Below are positions 7,638 to 16,804 of a DNA stretch of 64,000 bases, piece after piece. The position numbers and the translations under genes are program-made. Each line of letters opens with the position of its first letter. The first letter of the stretch is position 1. The notes below the pieces were generated by a model. That model saw only the letters and a list, made by a program, of their open reading frames with translations. It was not told where the DNA came from and did not search any database. The stretch is taken from positions 242,715-306,714 of the IMG/VR virus record IMGVR_UViG_3300027668_000008; one strand, written 5' to 3'.

Positions 7638-10313
7638 ATGGCGTTTCAAGACGACTTAGATAAGTTAAAGAATTTCTCCGGTGGACTGCCAACAGGCCCG
7701 TTAAAAGATTTAGCGGCTAATGGTGTAGGCTTTGCAGAAAAACTTGGCCCAGTTGTTAAGAAGATTGAAGATAGAGGAATACAAGGTATTGGTCTTGATA
7801 GTAACTTAACAGATGTTATTGAAAAAACAAAAGAACAGTTTGCGAACTCTGACGATGCAGTTTTAAACAGCGGAGCAATAAGAGAAGAAGACGGCACGGC
7901 TATTCTCGAAGCAATAAATGAGAAAGCAACAGACACATCTGTAAACAACGCAAAATCAAAACCATTACGAATTAAAGTTACTAACGGATTTTACGAACGT
8001 AAAAATGTGATGCACAGTTTAGCATCGTATACTTACAATTTTGAATTGTATATACTAACATACGAAGATTATAATCAGTTTGTAAATGATCCAACTTTTA
8101 ATATTGAAAATTCCCCACAGCGTTTATTAATTAAATCGGGTGGCGGCAATTATGCTAACAGAAATCCATTTTTTCAAACAGATTTCTTTATGGACGATTT
8201 AGAAATTGATAGTATCATTAGTCCAGGAGGCTCTAACAAAGGTGCAATTAATACAGGAGTAAGTTTTAAGATTTCAGAACCATACGGTATGACATTGTTA
8301 AACAGTTTAGTACTAGCGGCAAATCACTTTGGTGCTTACAACTATATTGAACAACCTTATTTGTTAAAAGTAATGCTAACGGGATTTGATGCCGAAGGTA
8401 GACACGTTGGTAATGCGTTTGCTGGCAAACGTACTAGATATATTCCTATTAGATTTACAGATTTTAAATTTGGTACTAGTGAACAAGGAACTACATACGA
8501 CATAACAGCAATTCCTTATCACAGTATAGGATTACAATCGATTGCGTCTACTATTCCTGTTGATATGCAAATTGAAGCAAAGACAGTGCATGACTTTTTT
8601 AACGTAGCATTAACACTTGATACAGGTAAAGAAGAACGAATACCTGCAGGACCTCCGGGTCAAACTATTATGGTACCTATAAAGCAATTAGAAAAAGGCT
8701 TGACTGGATACTTGAATAAATTAGAAGACGATCATGTAAAGTCAAAACTAAAAGCAGTACCAGACATTTATAATTTTGAAATAGATCCTGACATACTAAA
8801 GTCTAAGATTGTTTTACAAGATGTAATGGATTTAAGTAAAACAGCAAATACAAAAGATGTGGCTAAACAAGCACAACAAAGGTTTACAGATTCGTTTGTA
8901 TTTGACGAAACAACTAAAACATATAGTATAAGAGCAGGTACTAGTATTGTTAATACAATACATAGTATATTACGTTCGTGCGAATATATGACAAACCAAG
9001 TTGTAAGTGCTGACTTAAAAATTGAAGGTATGAGTTTCGAAGAATACCAAGAAGTTGCAAACAAACCTATTGACTTTTATAGAATTGTTCCTAGAATAAC
9101 ATTAGGCCCATTTGATAAAATTAGAAATCAGTATGCCAAACTTATTACATTTGTTATTAAGAAATACCAAATGCATGGTAAAGATTATGAAAACCTAGGA
9201 CAAAAACCAGTTGAATATATTTCAAAATATTATGATTATTTTTACACAGGAAACAATACAGATATTTTAAGTTTTGATATCGAGTTTAATGCGGCTTACT
9301 TCCAAACGTACACTTATAATCAAATGCAAAAAGCAGGATCATTTCCAACACCGTTAGCACAAACAAAACTTGAAGCATTACACGAAGGACAAACTGCTAA
9401 AGCAGGTAACGATCCTATAACAAAATGGACACCTTATATAAGACACGTTGTTACACAATCAGGAACAAGTAACGATATTAACGATCCACAAGTAAGTCAT
9501 AAAGCAACAACTATTGATAACTTTATGCAAAATGTATTTGATCAAGGTGCCGACTTACTACAAATGAATATGCGTATTGTAGGCGATCCAAGTTTTATAC
9601 AAAGTAAAGATTTAAGAAGTGTGTTAGTAGGAGATAGTGACGATTATTATTTGCCAGATGGAAGTTTAAATACAGATAAAGAATGGCACATATATGTTAA
9701 GTTTAGAAACCCAACCGATGTTGACGCTAGTACAGGCTTAATGAAAGGTTTTAATGTAGACGAAACAGGTAAAACTAGTGTTAGTGTGCCCAGTATTAAT
9801 GGACAATATAAAGTATACAAAGTTACTAGCAACTTTTCAGGCGGAACATTCACACAGAATTTAGAATGCGTTAGGGAACGTAAGCAAGAACTCAATGTTA
9901 TTAAAAAGAAAGATGATAACACATCTAGTAACAGAGTAGATAATTTAGAAAGTAACAACACAAATACCACACGACTAATAGGTAAAGTAGATACTAAAGG
10001 CAACAAGATAACAGAAGCTCAACGTAATATGAATATGTCTGCAGATGATTTTGAATATACACCTGACAAGTATTTGTCATCTGATGCAAGGGGCCAACTT
10101 GAAAATGGAAACGTTGATGAATTCTCAAATGTTGGACCACAAGGAATTGGCACTGAAAGCCTAACTTCGAGAGTTAAAAAAATTACGCCAGACATAGTAA
10201 AACCAGGAACAGCAGATAACTTCCAAGGTGAACACCCATTCGGAATACAAGGTGGTGACATCACACAAGAAGAATTAGACTTAGGCTGGACACAAGAGGA
10301 TTTAAGCGACTAG
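7638..10313 (+). CDS. Putative baseplate hub protein (gp27/gpD-like)
   Basis: Lies between gp53 and gp5; C-terminal part has MRIVGDP...GQYKVYKVTSNFSGGTFTQNLECVR, typical of hub proteins. Confidence 0.55.
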   Translation: MAFQDDLDKLKNFSGGLPTGPLKDLAANGVGFAEKLGPVVKKIEDRGIQGIGLDSNLTDVIEKTKEQFANSDDAVLNSGAIREEDGTAILEAINEKATDTSVNNAKSKPLRIKVTNGFYERKNVMHSLASYTYNFELYILTYEDYNQFVNDPTFNIENSPQRLLIKSGGGNYANRNPFFQTDFFMDDLEIDSIISPGGSNKGAINTGVSFKISEPYGMTLLNSLVLAANHFGAYNYIEQPYLLKVMLTGFDAEGRHVGNAFAGKRTRYIPIRFTDFKFGTSEQGTTYDITAIPYHSIGLQSIASTIPVDMQIEAKTVHDFFNVALTLDTGKEERIPAGPPGQTIMVPIKQLEKGLTGYLNKLEDDHVKSKLKAVPDIYNFEIDPDILKSKIVLQDVMDLSKTANTKDVAKQAQQRFTDSFVFDETTKTYSIRAGTSIVNTIHSILRSCEYMTNQVVSADLKIEGMSFEEYQEVANKPIDFYRIVPRITLGPFDKIRNQYAKLITFVIKKYQMHGKDYENLGQKPVEYISKYYDYFYTGNNTDILSFDIEFNAAYFQTYTYNQMQKAGSFPTPLAQTKLEALHEGQTAKAGNDPITKWTPYIRHVVTQSGTSNDINDPQVSHKATTIDNFMQNVFDQGADLLQMNMRIVGDPSFIQSKDLRSVLVGDSDDYYLPDGSLNTDKEWHIYVKFRNPTDVDASTGLMKGFNVDETGKTSVSVPSINGQYKVYKVTSNFSGGTFTQNLECVRERKQELNVIKKKDDNTSSNRVDNLESNNTNTTRLIGKVDTKGNKITEAQRNMNMSADDFEYTPDKYLSSDARGQLENGNVDEFSNVGPQGIGTESLTSRVKKITPDIVKPGTADNFQGEHPFGIQGGDITQEELDLGWTQEDLSD

Positions 10314-10314
10314 T

Positions 10315-11673
10315 ATGCCAACATTTCAACAATATATTAATAAAATCAACCCAGACTTAGATGTCAATAAAAAAGGCTCTATAGTTGACCCCGGACCGTA
10401 TGAAGCCATTATTAAAAACAACAATGACTCGAGACGTACTGGGCGTATGGATGTTTACATTGCTTCACTAGGCGGTATACCTGATGATCCGAGAAGTTGG
10501 ATACCTGTAAAGTATATGAGTCCGTTTTTAGGAACAACTGATCAAGGTTTATTAGATAAGCAAGAACAAACTGCAATGTATAGTTATGGTATGTGGTTAA
10601 CACTGCCTGATCCTGGAAGTAAAGTAGTTGTTGTCTTTTTAGAAGGACAGAGAAACAACGGAGTTATAATTGGTTCAGTAGTAGATGATGTTGCTAATCA
10701 TATGACACCTGGATTGGCTAGTAGTAAGAAGTGGCTTAAAACAGAAGAAGTAACAACATTATTTCCTACTCTAGAACCAGATACAGACTTTTTACCAGTA
10801 ACAGAATTTAATACTAAAGTTGTTAGAGATTCGAGACAAACAAATACAATTTATCGTCCTGTGAATATCGAACTTGCTAAAATTTTAAAAGCACAAGGTC
10901 TTATTGGAGATAATATCAGAGGGCAAAGTTTTAGTACTCCTCAAAGAGAAAACAATAGTCAAGTGTTCGGACTTTCAACACCGGGTAGAGGCGATAAAGA
11001 TCCAGCATCAGATCCAGCATTAAAAACAAAAATGCAAAACGGAGAAGCAACTGCTGAAGATTTACAAATTAGAAAACGTTTCCCAGGACACAGTCTTGTT
11101 TTAGATGATGGTGATTCAGAGGGTGCAAGTAAATTAGTTCGCTTACGCACAAGTACTGGACATCAGATATTAATGGACGACACAAATAACTTAATTTATA
11201 TTGCAACAAACAACGGTAATGCTTGGATAGAAATGTCTGAGCATGGTAAAATAGATATACATAGTGAAGATAGTATTAGTATACATACTGCAAAAAATAT
11301 TAATATGACTGCGGAGAAAAGTATTAACTTAGAAGCAGGCGAGAAAGTAAACATTAAATCTATGGTTGATATAAACTTGGATACAAACAACATTAATACA
11401 ATGGCACAAGGAGATACAAAAATTACTTCGGGTGCAACATCACATATTAACTCGGGCACTTCGCATTTAGAAACTGCAACTGCTATTCATATGAATGGTG
11501 GAACAGCGGCAAGTCAAGCGGCAAGGATACCAACAAACAATGTACCAACTGTTAAATTAGAAGAAAAAGAATGGATCGCAGGACCACCTAAGACTTATAT
11601 TTCAAAACGTGTACCACAACACGAGCCATGGACAGTACACGAGGACACAACCCCTGGAGCAGATGACTCATGA
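10315..11673 (+). CDS. Baseplate central spike, gp5/VgrG-like (OB fold plus beta-helix, no lysozyme domain)
   Basis: D..RTGRMDVYI, YGMW...PDPGSKVVVVF OB-fold; GHQILMDD; beta-helix repeats SIHTAKNINMTA. Confidence 0.85.
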   Translation: MPTFQQYINKINPDLDVNKKGSIVDPGPYEAIIKNNNDSRRTGRMDVYIASLGGIPDDPRSWIPVKYMSPFLGTTDQGLLDKQEQTAMYSYGMWLTLPDPGSKVVVVFLEGQRNNGVIIGSVVDDVANHMTPGLASSKKWLKTEEVTTLFPTLEPDTDFLPVTEFNTKVVRDSRQTNTIYRPVNIELAKILKAQGLIGDNIRGQSFSTPQRENNSQVFGLSTPGRGDKDPASDPALKTKMQNGEATAEDLQIRKRFPGHSLVLDDGDSEGASKLVRLRTSTGHQILMDDTNNLIYIATNNGNAWIEMSEHGKIDIHSEDSISIHTAKNINMTAEKSINLEAGEKVNIKSMVDINLDTNNINTMAQGDTKITSGATSHINSGTSHLETATAIHMNGGTAASQAARIPTNNVPTVKLEEKEWIAGPPKTYISKRVPQHEPWTVHEDTTPGADDS

Positions 11674-11786
11674 TGGGTAAATTCATCATAACAGCATTTG
11701 TTCTTGGTTTTATAATTGGGTGGATAGCCGGTGGGTTAGATACAAACATTGACCCTAATATGTTTGGTAAAGGGATAGTAGGATAA
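11670..11786 (+). CDS. 38-aa hydrophobic micro-protein (not in ORF track)
   Basis: MMGKFIITAFVLGFIIGWIAGGLDTNIDPNMFGKGIVG; ATGA overlap with the gp5 stop and TAATG overlap with the next start. Confidence 0.55.
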   Translation: MMGKFIITAFVLGFIIGWIAGGLDTNIDPNMFGKGIVG

Positions 11787-12868
11787 TGGGTATAGCCATT
11801 CACAGACACGGTGATGACAGAAGTTGTGGAGCAACAACAGTTGTTTCAAATCAAAGTACAGTTACAGCCGATGGCTCATTAGTATCTGTACAACCAGATG
11901 AAAACTCACATGGTGGCGGTCCTTTAACTTCACAAGCAAACGGTGTGTTTATTAATGACAAGTTAGTTATTAGGAACGGAGACCCAGGAGGTGCTGATCC
12001 TGTACCTGGACACGTTGCCACACCAGCATCAAGTGGAAGCGGAACTGTATTTGTTGGCTTTCCAACTGCAAGGGCATTAAGTCCTACAACTATTGCTTTT
12101 GAAATAGAAGACCAACCAACACAAACACCTATTACTGATCAACCAGACAGAGCAGAATCAAACACACCAGGTGGCGGCGCTATTGCTCCAAGAGTAGATG
12201 GTGGTCCATTTGTTAATGCAGGTGTAGAGTTTACTCCAGGCGAACCGAGTCTTTGCACAAGAACAGATATCGGAACGTTATCTGAAAGGTATGAGAGTAA
12301 TGGAGACCCTGCCGCAATAGGCAGAGATAGAACAGGTGGTTATAGTTATGGAACATATCAAATTGCAACAAAAGTAGGAACTATGAATAGTTTTATTTCT
12401 TATATGAATCAGTATCCAGATATGTATAGTCAATTACAAAGTGCAGGCGGCAACGCAGGTGCAACTAGTGGAACAACGGCATTTAAAAATACTTGGATAT
12501 CGTTAGCCGCAGATCCCCAATTTAAACAAGCACAACACGACTTCATACAAGTAACACACTATGATAAATTAGTTAAAAAAATTAAAAACGACACTGGCAT
12601 AGACATATGTGATGGAACGCATTGTAACGGGCTACAAGACGCAGTATGGAGTATAAGTGTACAACATGGTCCTGGTAGTAGAATATGTACAATAGGCATA
12701 GGTGCCGCTGGAGCAGATCCATCAGATGACGATATAATTAATGCAATTTATAACGAACGAGACAATGTTGGCAAGTATTTTCGAAGTTCGACAGCAAAAG
12801 TAAAACAAAGTGTGGCAAACAGATTTACATATGAGCGCCAAGGTGCTCTGCAAATGTGTGGAATTTAA
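11786..12868 (+). CDS. PAAR spike-tip protein fused to a C-terminal lysozyme-like peptidoglycan hydrolase
   Basis: N-terminal HRHGD..SCG...VFIND..VIRNGD...GSGTVFVG PAAR fold; Pro/Thr/Gly linker; C-terminal LSERYES.G...GGYSYGTYQI...AQHDFI...VWSISVQHG. Confidence 0.75.
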   Translation: MGIAIHRHGDDRSCGATTVVSNQSTVTADGSLVSVQPDENSHGGGPLTSQANGVFINDKLVIRNGDPGGADPVPGHVATPASSGSGTVFVGFPTARALSPTTIAFEIEDQPTQTPITDQPDRAESNTPGGGAIAPRVDGGPFVNAGVEFTPGEPSLCTRTDIGTLSERYESNGDPAAIGRDRTGGYSYGTYQIATKVGTMNSFISYMNQYPDMYSQLQSAGGNAGATSGTTAFKNTWISLAADPQFKQAQHDFIQVTHYDKLVKKIKNDTGIDICDGTHCNGLQDAVWSISVQHGPGSRICTIGIGAAGADPSDDDIINAIYNERDNVGKYFRSSTAKVKQSVANRFTYERQGALQMCGI

Positions 12869-12885
12869 AGTAGGTAAATACTAGT

Positions 12886-13263
12886 ATGGCAATATATAAA
12901 GGTTATTCATCAGTAGGTAGGAATTTTGAAGGAACTGAAATGACAGATTCTTCACTAGTTCGTGCTGATTTGTTAAATCATCTCAATACAAGACCCGGCG
13001 AACGTCTAATGCATCCAGATTTTGGTTGTTTAGTTTGGCAGTATCTTTTCGACCCATTCACTGATGGTGCTAAATTTAACATAATTGAAAACCTTCAAGA
13101 TATTGTTAAAGCAGATCCTAGAGTAGTACTCCGGGATATAGAAGTTGCTGAATTCGAACATGGTTTATCCGTATCACTAGACTTGGTATATGCAGAAACG
13201 AACGAAGTAGAGACGATGAAGGTCAATTTTGACCAACGTAACTCTTCTGCCGTTCAAGTATAA
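12886..13263 (+). CDS. gp25: Baseplate wedge/sheath initiator gp25
   Basis: DLLNHLNTRPGERLMHPDFGC...DPRV; TAAATA at 12875-12880 upstream. Confidence 0.9.
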   Translation: MAIYKGYSSVGRNFEGTEMTDSSLVRADLLNHLNTRPGERLMHPDFGCLVWQYLFDPFTDGAKFNIIENLQDIVKADPRVVLRDIEVAEFEHGLSVSLDLVYAETNEVETMKVNFDQRNSSAVQV

Positions 13264-13284
13264 TATACCCAGTTTAAAATACGA

Positions 13285-13291
13285 ATAAATA
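13285..13291 (+). promoter_or_regulatory. Late promoter box ATAAATA
   Basis: TTAAAA-NNN-GAATAAATACA context shared with 32237. Confidence 0.6.
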
Positions 13292-13318
13292 CATATAATA
13301 GAGCGTGGATATTAAATA

Positions 13319-16300
13319 ATGAGCACCAGTAAAAGACAAAATAGCCTTTTTGTATCTGAAGATTGGACTAAGATCTATCAGACATTCCGTGACGCGGACT
13401 TCCAGTCGTATGACTATGAGACGTTGCGTTCAACGATGGTTCAGTACCTACGCAATAATTACCCAGAAGATTTTAACGATTATATTGAAAGTTCAGAGTT
13501 TGTAGCTCTTATGGACTTGATTGCTTACTTTGGACAAAGTTTGGCATTTAGAGCAGATTTAAATGCAAGAGAAAACTTCTTAGAAACAGCACAAAGAAGA
13601 GACAGTGTATTACGTTTGGCAAAACTTTTAAGTTACCAACCTAAAAGAAACCAGCCAGCAAGAGGTATGTTAAAGATTGCTAACATACAAACAACTGAAG
13701 ATGTTTATGACAGTTCAGGACGTAACTTGTCAGGAAGTTTCATTGTATACAATGATAACACTAATCCAGATTATCTAGAACATTTTGCAACAATATTAAA
13801 TGCAAGTATGGCAAGTGCTCAGAGTTTTGGTAATCCTGCATTATCAAAAACATTAAGCAGTATTAAAACAGAATTATACGAACTTAACACATTACCTGAT
13901 ACTTTACCAGTATTACCATTCACAGCAGATGTGGCAGGCGAAAGTATGACCTTTGAAGTTGTTAACGGAACATTTCAAAACAAAGAATATATTTACGAGA
14001 AAAGTCCTAAACCGGGCAACACATTTAATATGTTCTATAGACAAGACGGCAAAGGTGCAAGTTCGAGCAACACAGGTTTCTTTGTATACTTTAAACAAGG
14101 TTCACTGGAATCAGTAGAATTTAATTTAGAATCTGCATTAAGCAACCGTATTGTTAGTGTAGACAAAGATGGAATTAACAATGATGACATTTGGTTATAC
14201 AATATTGATAACCTAGGAAACGTTGCTGACGAATGGACTAAAGTTCCAGCAATAACAGGTGCTAACGTAATTTACAATAGTTTAAGTGAAAACGTTCGTT
14301 CTCTTTATGCAGTTAACAGCAAACAAAATGACCAAGTAGACTTACTATTCGGTGATGGAGTATTTTCAAATATTCCAGTAGGTAACTTTAGAAGTTATCA
14401 AAGAGTTAGTAATGGTAGAACTTACAGAGTTAAGCCCAACGACATTAAAGGAATTAAACTAGATATTCCTTATGTAAGCAGAACAGGTGGCGTAGAAACT
14501 TTAACAATTGGTTTAAGTTTGCAATACACTATTGATAATGCAACTGCAAGAGATAGTATCGAAGATATTAAACTAAAAGCACCACAACAATACTACACAC
14601 AAAACAGAATGGTTAACGGAGAAGATTACAATATTTTCCCTTTAACTAACTTTAATAACATTATTAAAAGTAAATCTGTTAACAGAACAAGTAGTGGTAT
14701 TAGTAGATTCTTAGATATCAAAGATGTTACTGGAAAGTATTCTAGTACAAACATCTTTGCTAACGACGGTGCAATTTATAAAAACGAATTCTTAAACAAC
14801 AAAACTTTTAATTGGATTAATGATAACGATATCTATAATGCAATTAGAAATACTGTTGAACCAGTTTTACGAAGTAAAGAGATGGAACACTTTTACTTTA
14901 AAAACTTCTCAAAAGTTGACTTATCTTCTCTTAACAGTTCATGGACAAGAGTAAGTGTTGGATCAAATAAAAGTACAGGTTACTTTAAAGACTCGACAGG
15001 TGATGTTGCACAAGTTGGAAGTGTAAGTAGTAACAATTTACAGTATGTAAAACATAGTGGACTTGTTACATTTACTGCTCCTACCGGAAAACACTTTATG
15101 GAAAACGGCACGTTAATGACAGGAGCCGCAAGTCATCCAGGAAGTACAGATAAAACATATGCCGGTATTATTAGTATTAATAATAACGGACTGGGTTCTA
15201 ATGCAGGTAAAGTAACAGCATACACAGGTGCAGTTAGTTTAAATGAAAATATACCAACAGGTGCTATACTTAAAAATGTATTACCAAGTTTTGTATCAGA
15301 TCTACCTTCAGCAATGGAAAGTGAAATATTTACAAATATTAAACAGTATAAAAACTTTGCATTAGGATTTGATCATTTACTAGGAACATGGTACATTATT
15401 GCTAATAGAGACATCAGCACATCAAATGTATTCAACAACGGTAATGCAAAAAATACAACAAATTCAAACTTAGATGCAAGTTGGTTAGTTAAATTTACAA
15501 CTGACGGTGCAACTTATAATATTGCATACAGAGGTTTAGAATATTTCTTTAGTAGTGTAGAAGAAACACGTTTTTACTTTGATACTACAAGTAAAATATT
15601 TGACCCAGTAACAGGTTTAAGTAAAAAAGATAACATCGAAGTATTGGGTATTAACACAAAGCCAGATACAAATGATGCACTAGTAAAAACTATTCCGTTT
15701 AATGTTTATAACATTGTTACAGACACAGATGGTTATAGTGACAACACAAAGATTTTAGTTACGTTCGCTGACAACGACGACGACGGTGTTATTGACAATC
15801 CAAATGCGTTTGACGAAGTAGTAGGTGATGAGTCTGTTACACTAGCAAACAATTTAAGAAAGTTTGTATTCCAAAAACGTCAAGCAGACTATGACAACTT
15901 TAACAAATATGTAACAGTTGCAGGTTCACTTGTTAATCACGACTACAACACTAAAACAGATATTAATACTATTATTAACAGTTTAGTTACTAACACAGTA
16001 TTATATACAACCGAAGATAAAAAGTTTTATGTAGTAAAAGAAAACAACAATGTTAAATCATTAGTTGAAAGTTTAGACTACAAAGTGTACACAGGACGAG
16101 ATGGACTTAAATTCCACTATACACATAATGCACCAAACGATAGACGTATTGACCCAAGTCCAGGAAACATTATTGACATTTTTGTATTAACTAAAAATTA
16201 TAGTGATGCATATGTTCAGTATATTACTGACGCAACAGGCACAGTAGTAGAACCTACTAAACCAACAGTTAATAGTTTACGTTCGCAGTTTGGTACATTA

Positions 16301-16804
16301 GAAGGTTACAAAACATTAAGTGATGCACTTGTTTTACATAGTGCAAAGTTTAAACCATTGTTTGGTACAAAAGCAAACTCGCAACTACAAGCAGTATTTA
16401 AAGTAGTCAAGAATCCAGGCTTTAGTATTAGTGATAGTGAAATCAAAACAAAACTAGTAACAGCATTGAATGAATACTTTGCAGTTTCTAACTGGGACTT
16501 TGGAGAAACGTTTTACTTCTCAGAGTTAAGTGCATATTTGCATACTTCTCTTACACCATACTTAAACAGTGTGGTATTAGTACCTAGCGACAGTTCACAA
16601 GGATTTGGTAGTTTATATCAAGTAAGTTGTGAACACGATGAAATATTTGCCAATGCGGCAACTGTTAATGATGTACAAATTATTGACGCAATTACAGCCG
16701 CAGGTATCAAAGCAACTGGTACAGTTAACACAGGCACATCTACAACGTCAAGTATCTCACAAAGTTCAACTAATACAACTAGCTCTGGAGGCTCCGGCTA
16801 TTAA
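13319..16804 (+). CDS. Baseplate wedge protein gp6-like
   Basis: DFQSYDYETLR, FNDYIESSE..AL.D.IAY, ENFLETAQRRDSVLRLAKLLSY, FGDG, TQNRMVNGEDY; follows gp25. Confidence 0.85.
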   Translation: MSTSKRQNSLFVSEDWTKIYQTFRDADFQSYDYETLRSTMVQYLRNNYPEDFNDYIESSEFVALMDLIAYFGQSLAFRADLNARENFLETAQRRDSVLRLAKLLSYQPKRNQPARGMLKIANIQTTEDVYDSSGRNLSGSFIVYNDNTNPDYLEHFATILNASMASAQSFGNPALSKTLSSIKTELYELNTLPDTLPVLPFTADVAGESMTFEVVNGTFQNKEYIYEKSPKPGNTFNMFYRQDGKGASSSNTGFFVYFKQGSLESVEFNLESALSNRIVSVDKDGINNDDIWLYNIDNLGNVADEWTKVPAITGANVIYNSLSENVRSLYAVNSKQNDQVDLLFGDGVFSNIPVGNFRSYQRVSNGRTYRVKPNDIKGIKLDIPYVSRTGGVETLTIGLSLQYTIDNATARDSIEDIKLKAPQQYYTQNRMVNGEDYNIFPLTNFNNIIKSKSVNRTSSGISRFLDIKDVTGKYSSTNIFANDGAIYKNEFLNNKTFNWINDNDIYNAIRNTVEPVLRSKEMEHFYFKNFSKVDLSSLNSSWTRVSVGSNKSTGYFKDSTGDVAQVGSVSSNNLQYVKHSGLVTFTAPTGKHFMENGTLMTGAASHPGSTDKTYAGIISINNNGLGSNAGKVTAYTGAVSLNENIPTGAILKNVLPSFVSDLPSAMESEIFTNIKQYKNFALGFDHLLGTWYIIANRDISTSNVFNNGNAKNTTNSNLDASWLVKFTTDGATYNIAYRGLEYFFSSVEETRFYFDTTSKIFDPVTGLSKKDNIEVLGINTKPDTNDALVKTIPFNVYNIVTDTDGYSDNTKILVTFADNDDDGVIDNPNAFDEVVGDESVTLANNLRKFVFQKRQADYDNFNKYVTVAGSLVNHDYNTKTDINTIINSLVTNTVLYTTEDKKFYVVKENNNVKSLVESLDYKVYTGRDGLKFHYTHNAPNDRRIDPSPGNIIDIFVLTKNYSDAYVQYITDATGTVVEPTKPTVNSLRSQFGTLEGYKTLSDALVLHSAKFKPLFGTKANSQLQAVFKVVKNPGFSISDSEIKTKLVTALNEYFAVSNWDFGETFYFSELSAYLHTSLTPYLNSVVLVPSDSSQGFGSLYQVSCEHDEIFANAATVNDVQIIDAITAAGIKATGTVNTGTSTTSSISQSSTNTTSSGGSGY

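Noticed and set aside
6372-16804. Bacterial T6SS or extracellular contractile injection system locus
   Set aside because: Flanked by gp55/gp46/gp47 and late-promoter boxes, with no membrane complex or ClpV/Afp15 ATPase; it is a phage tail module.
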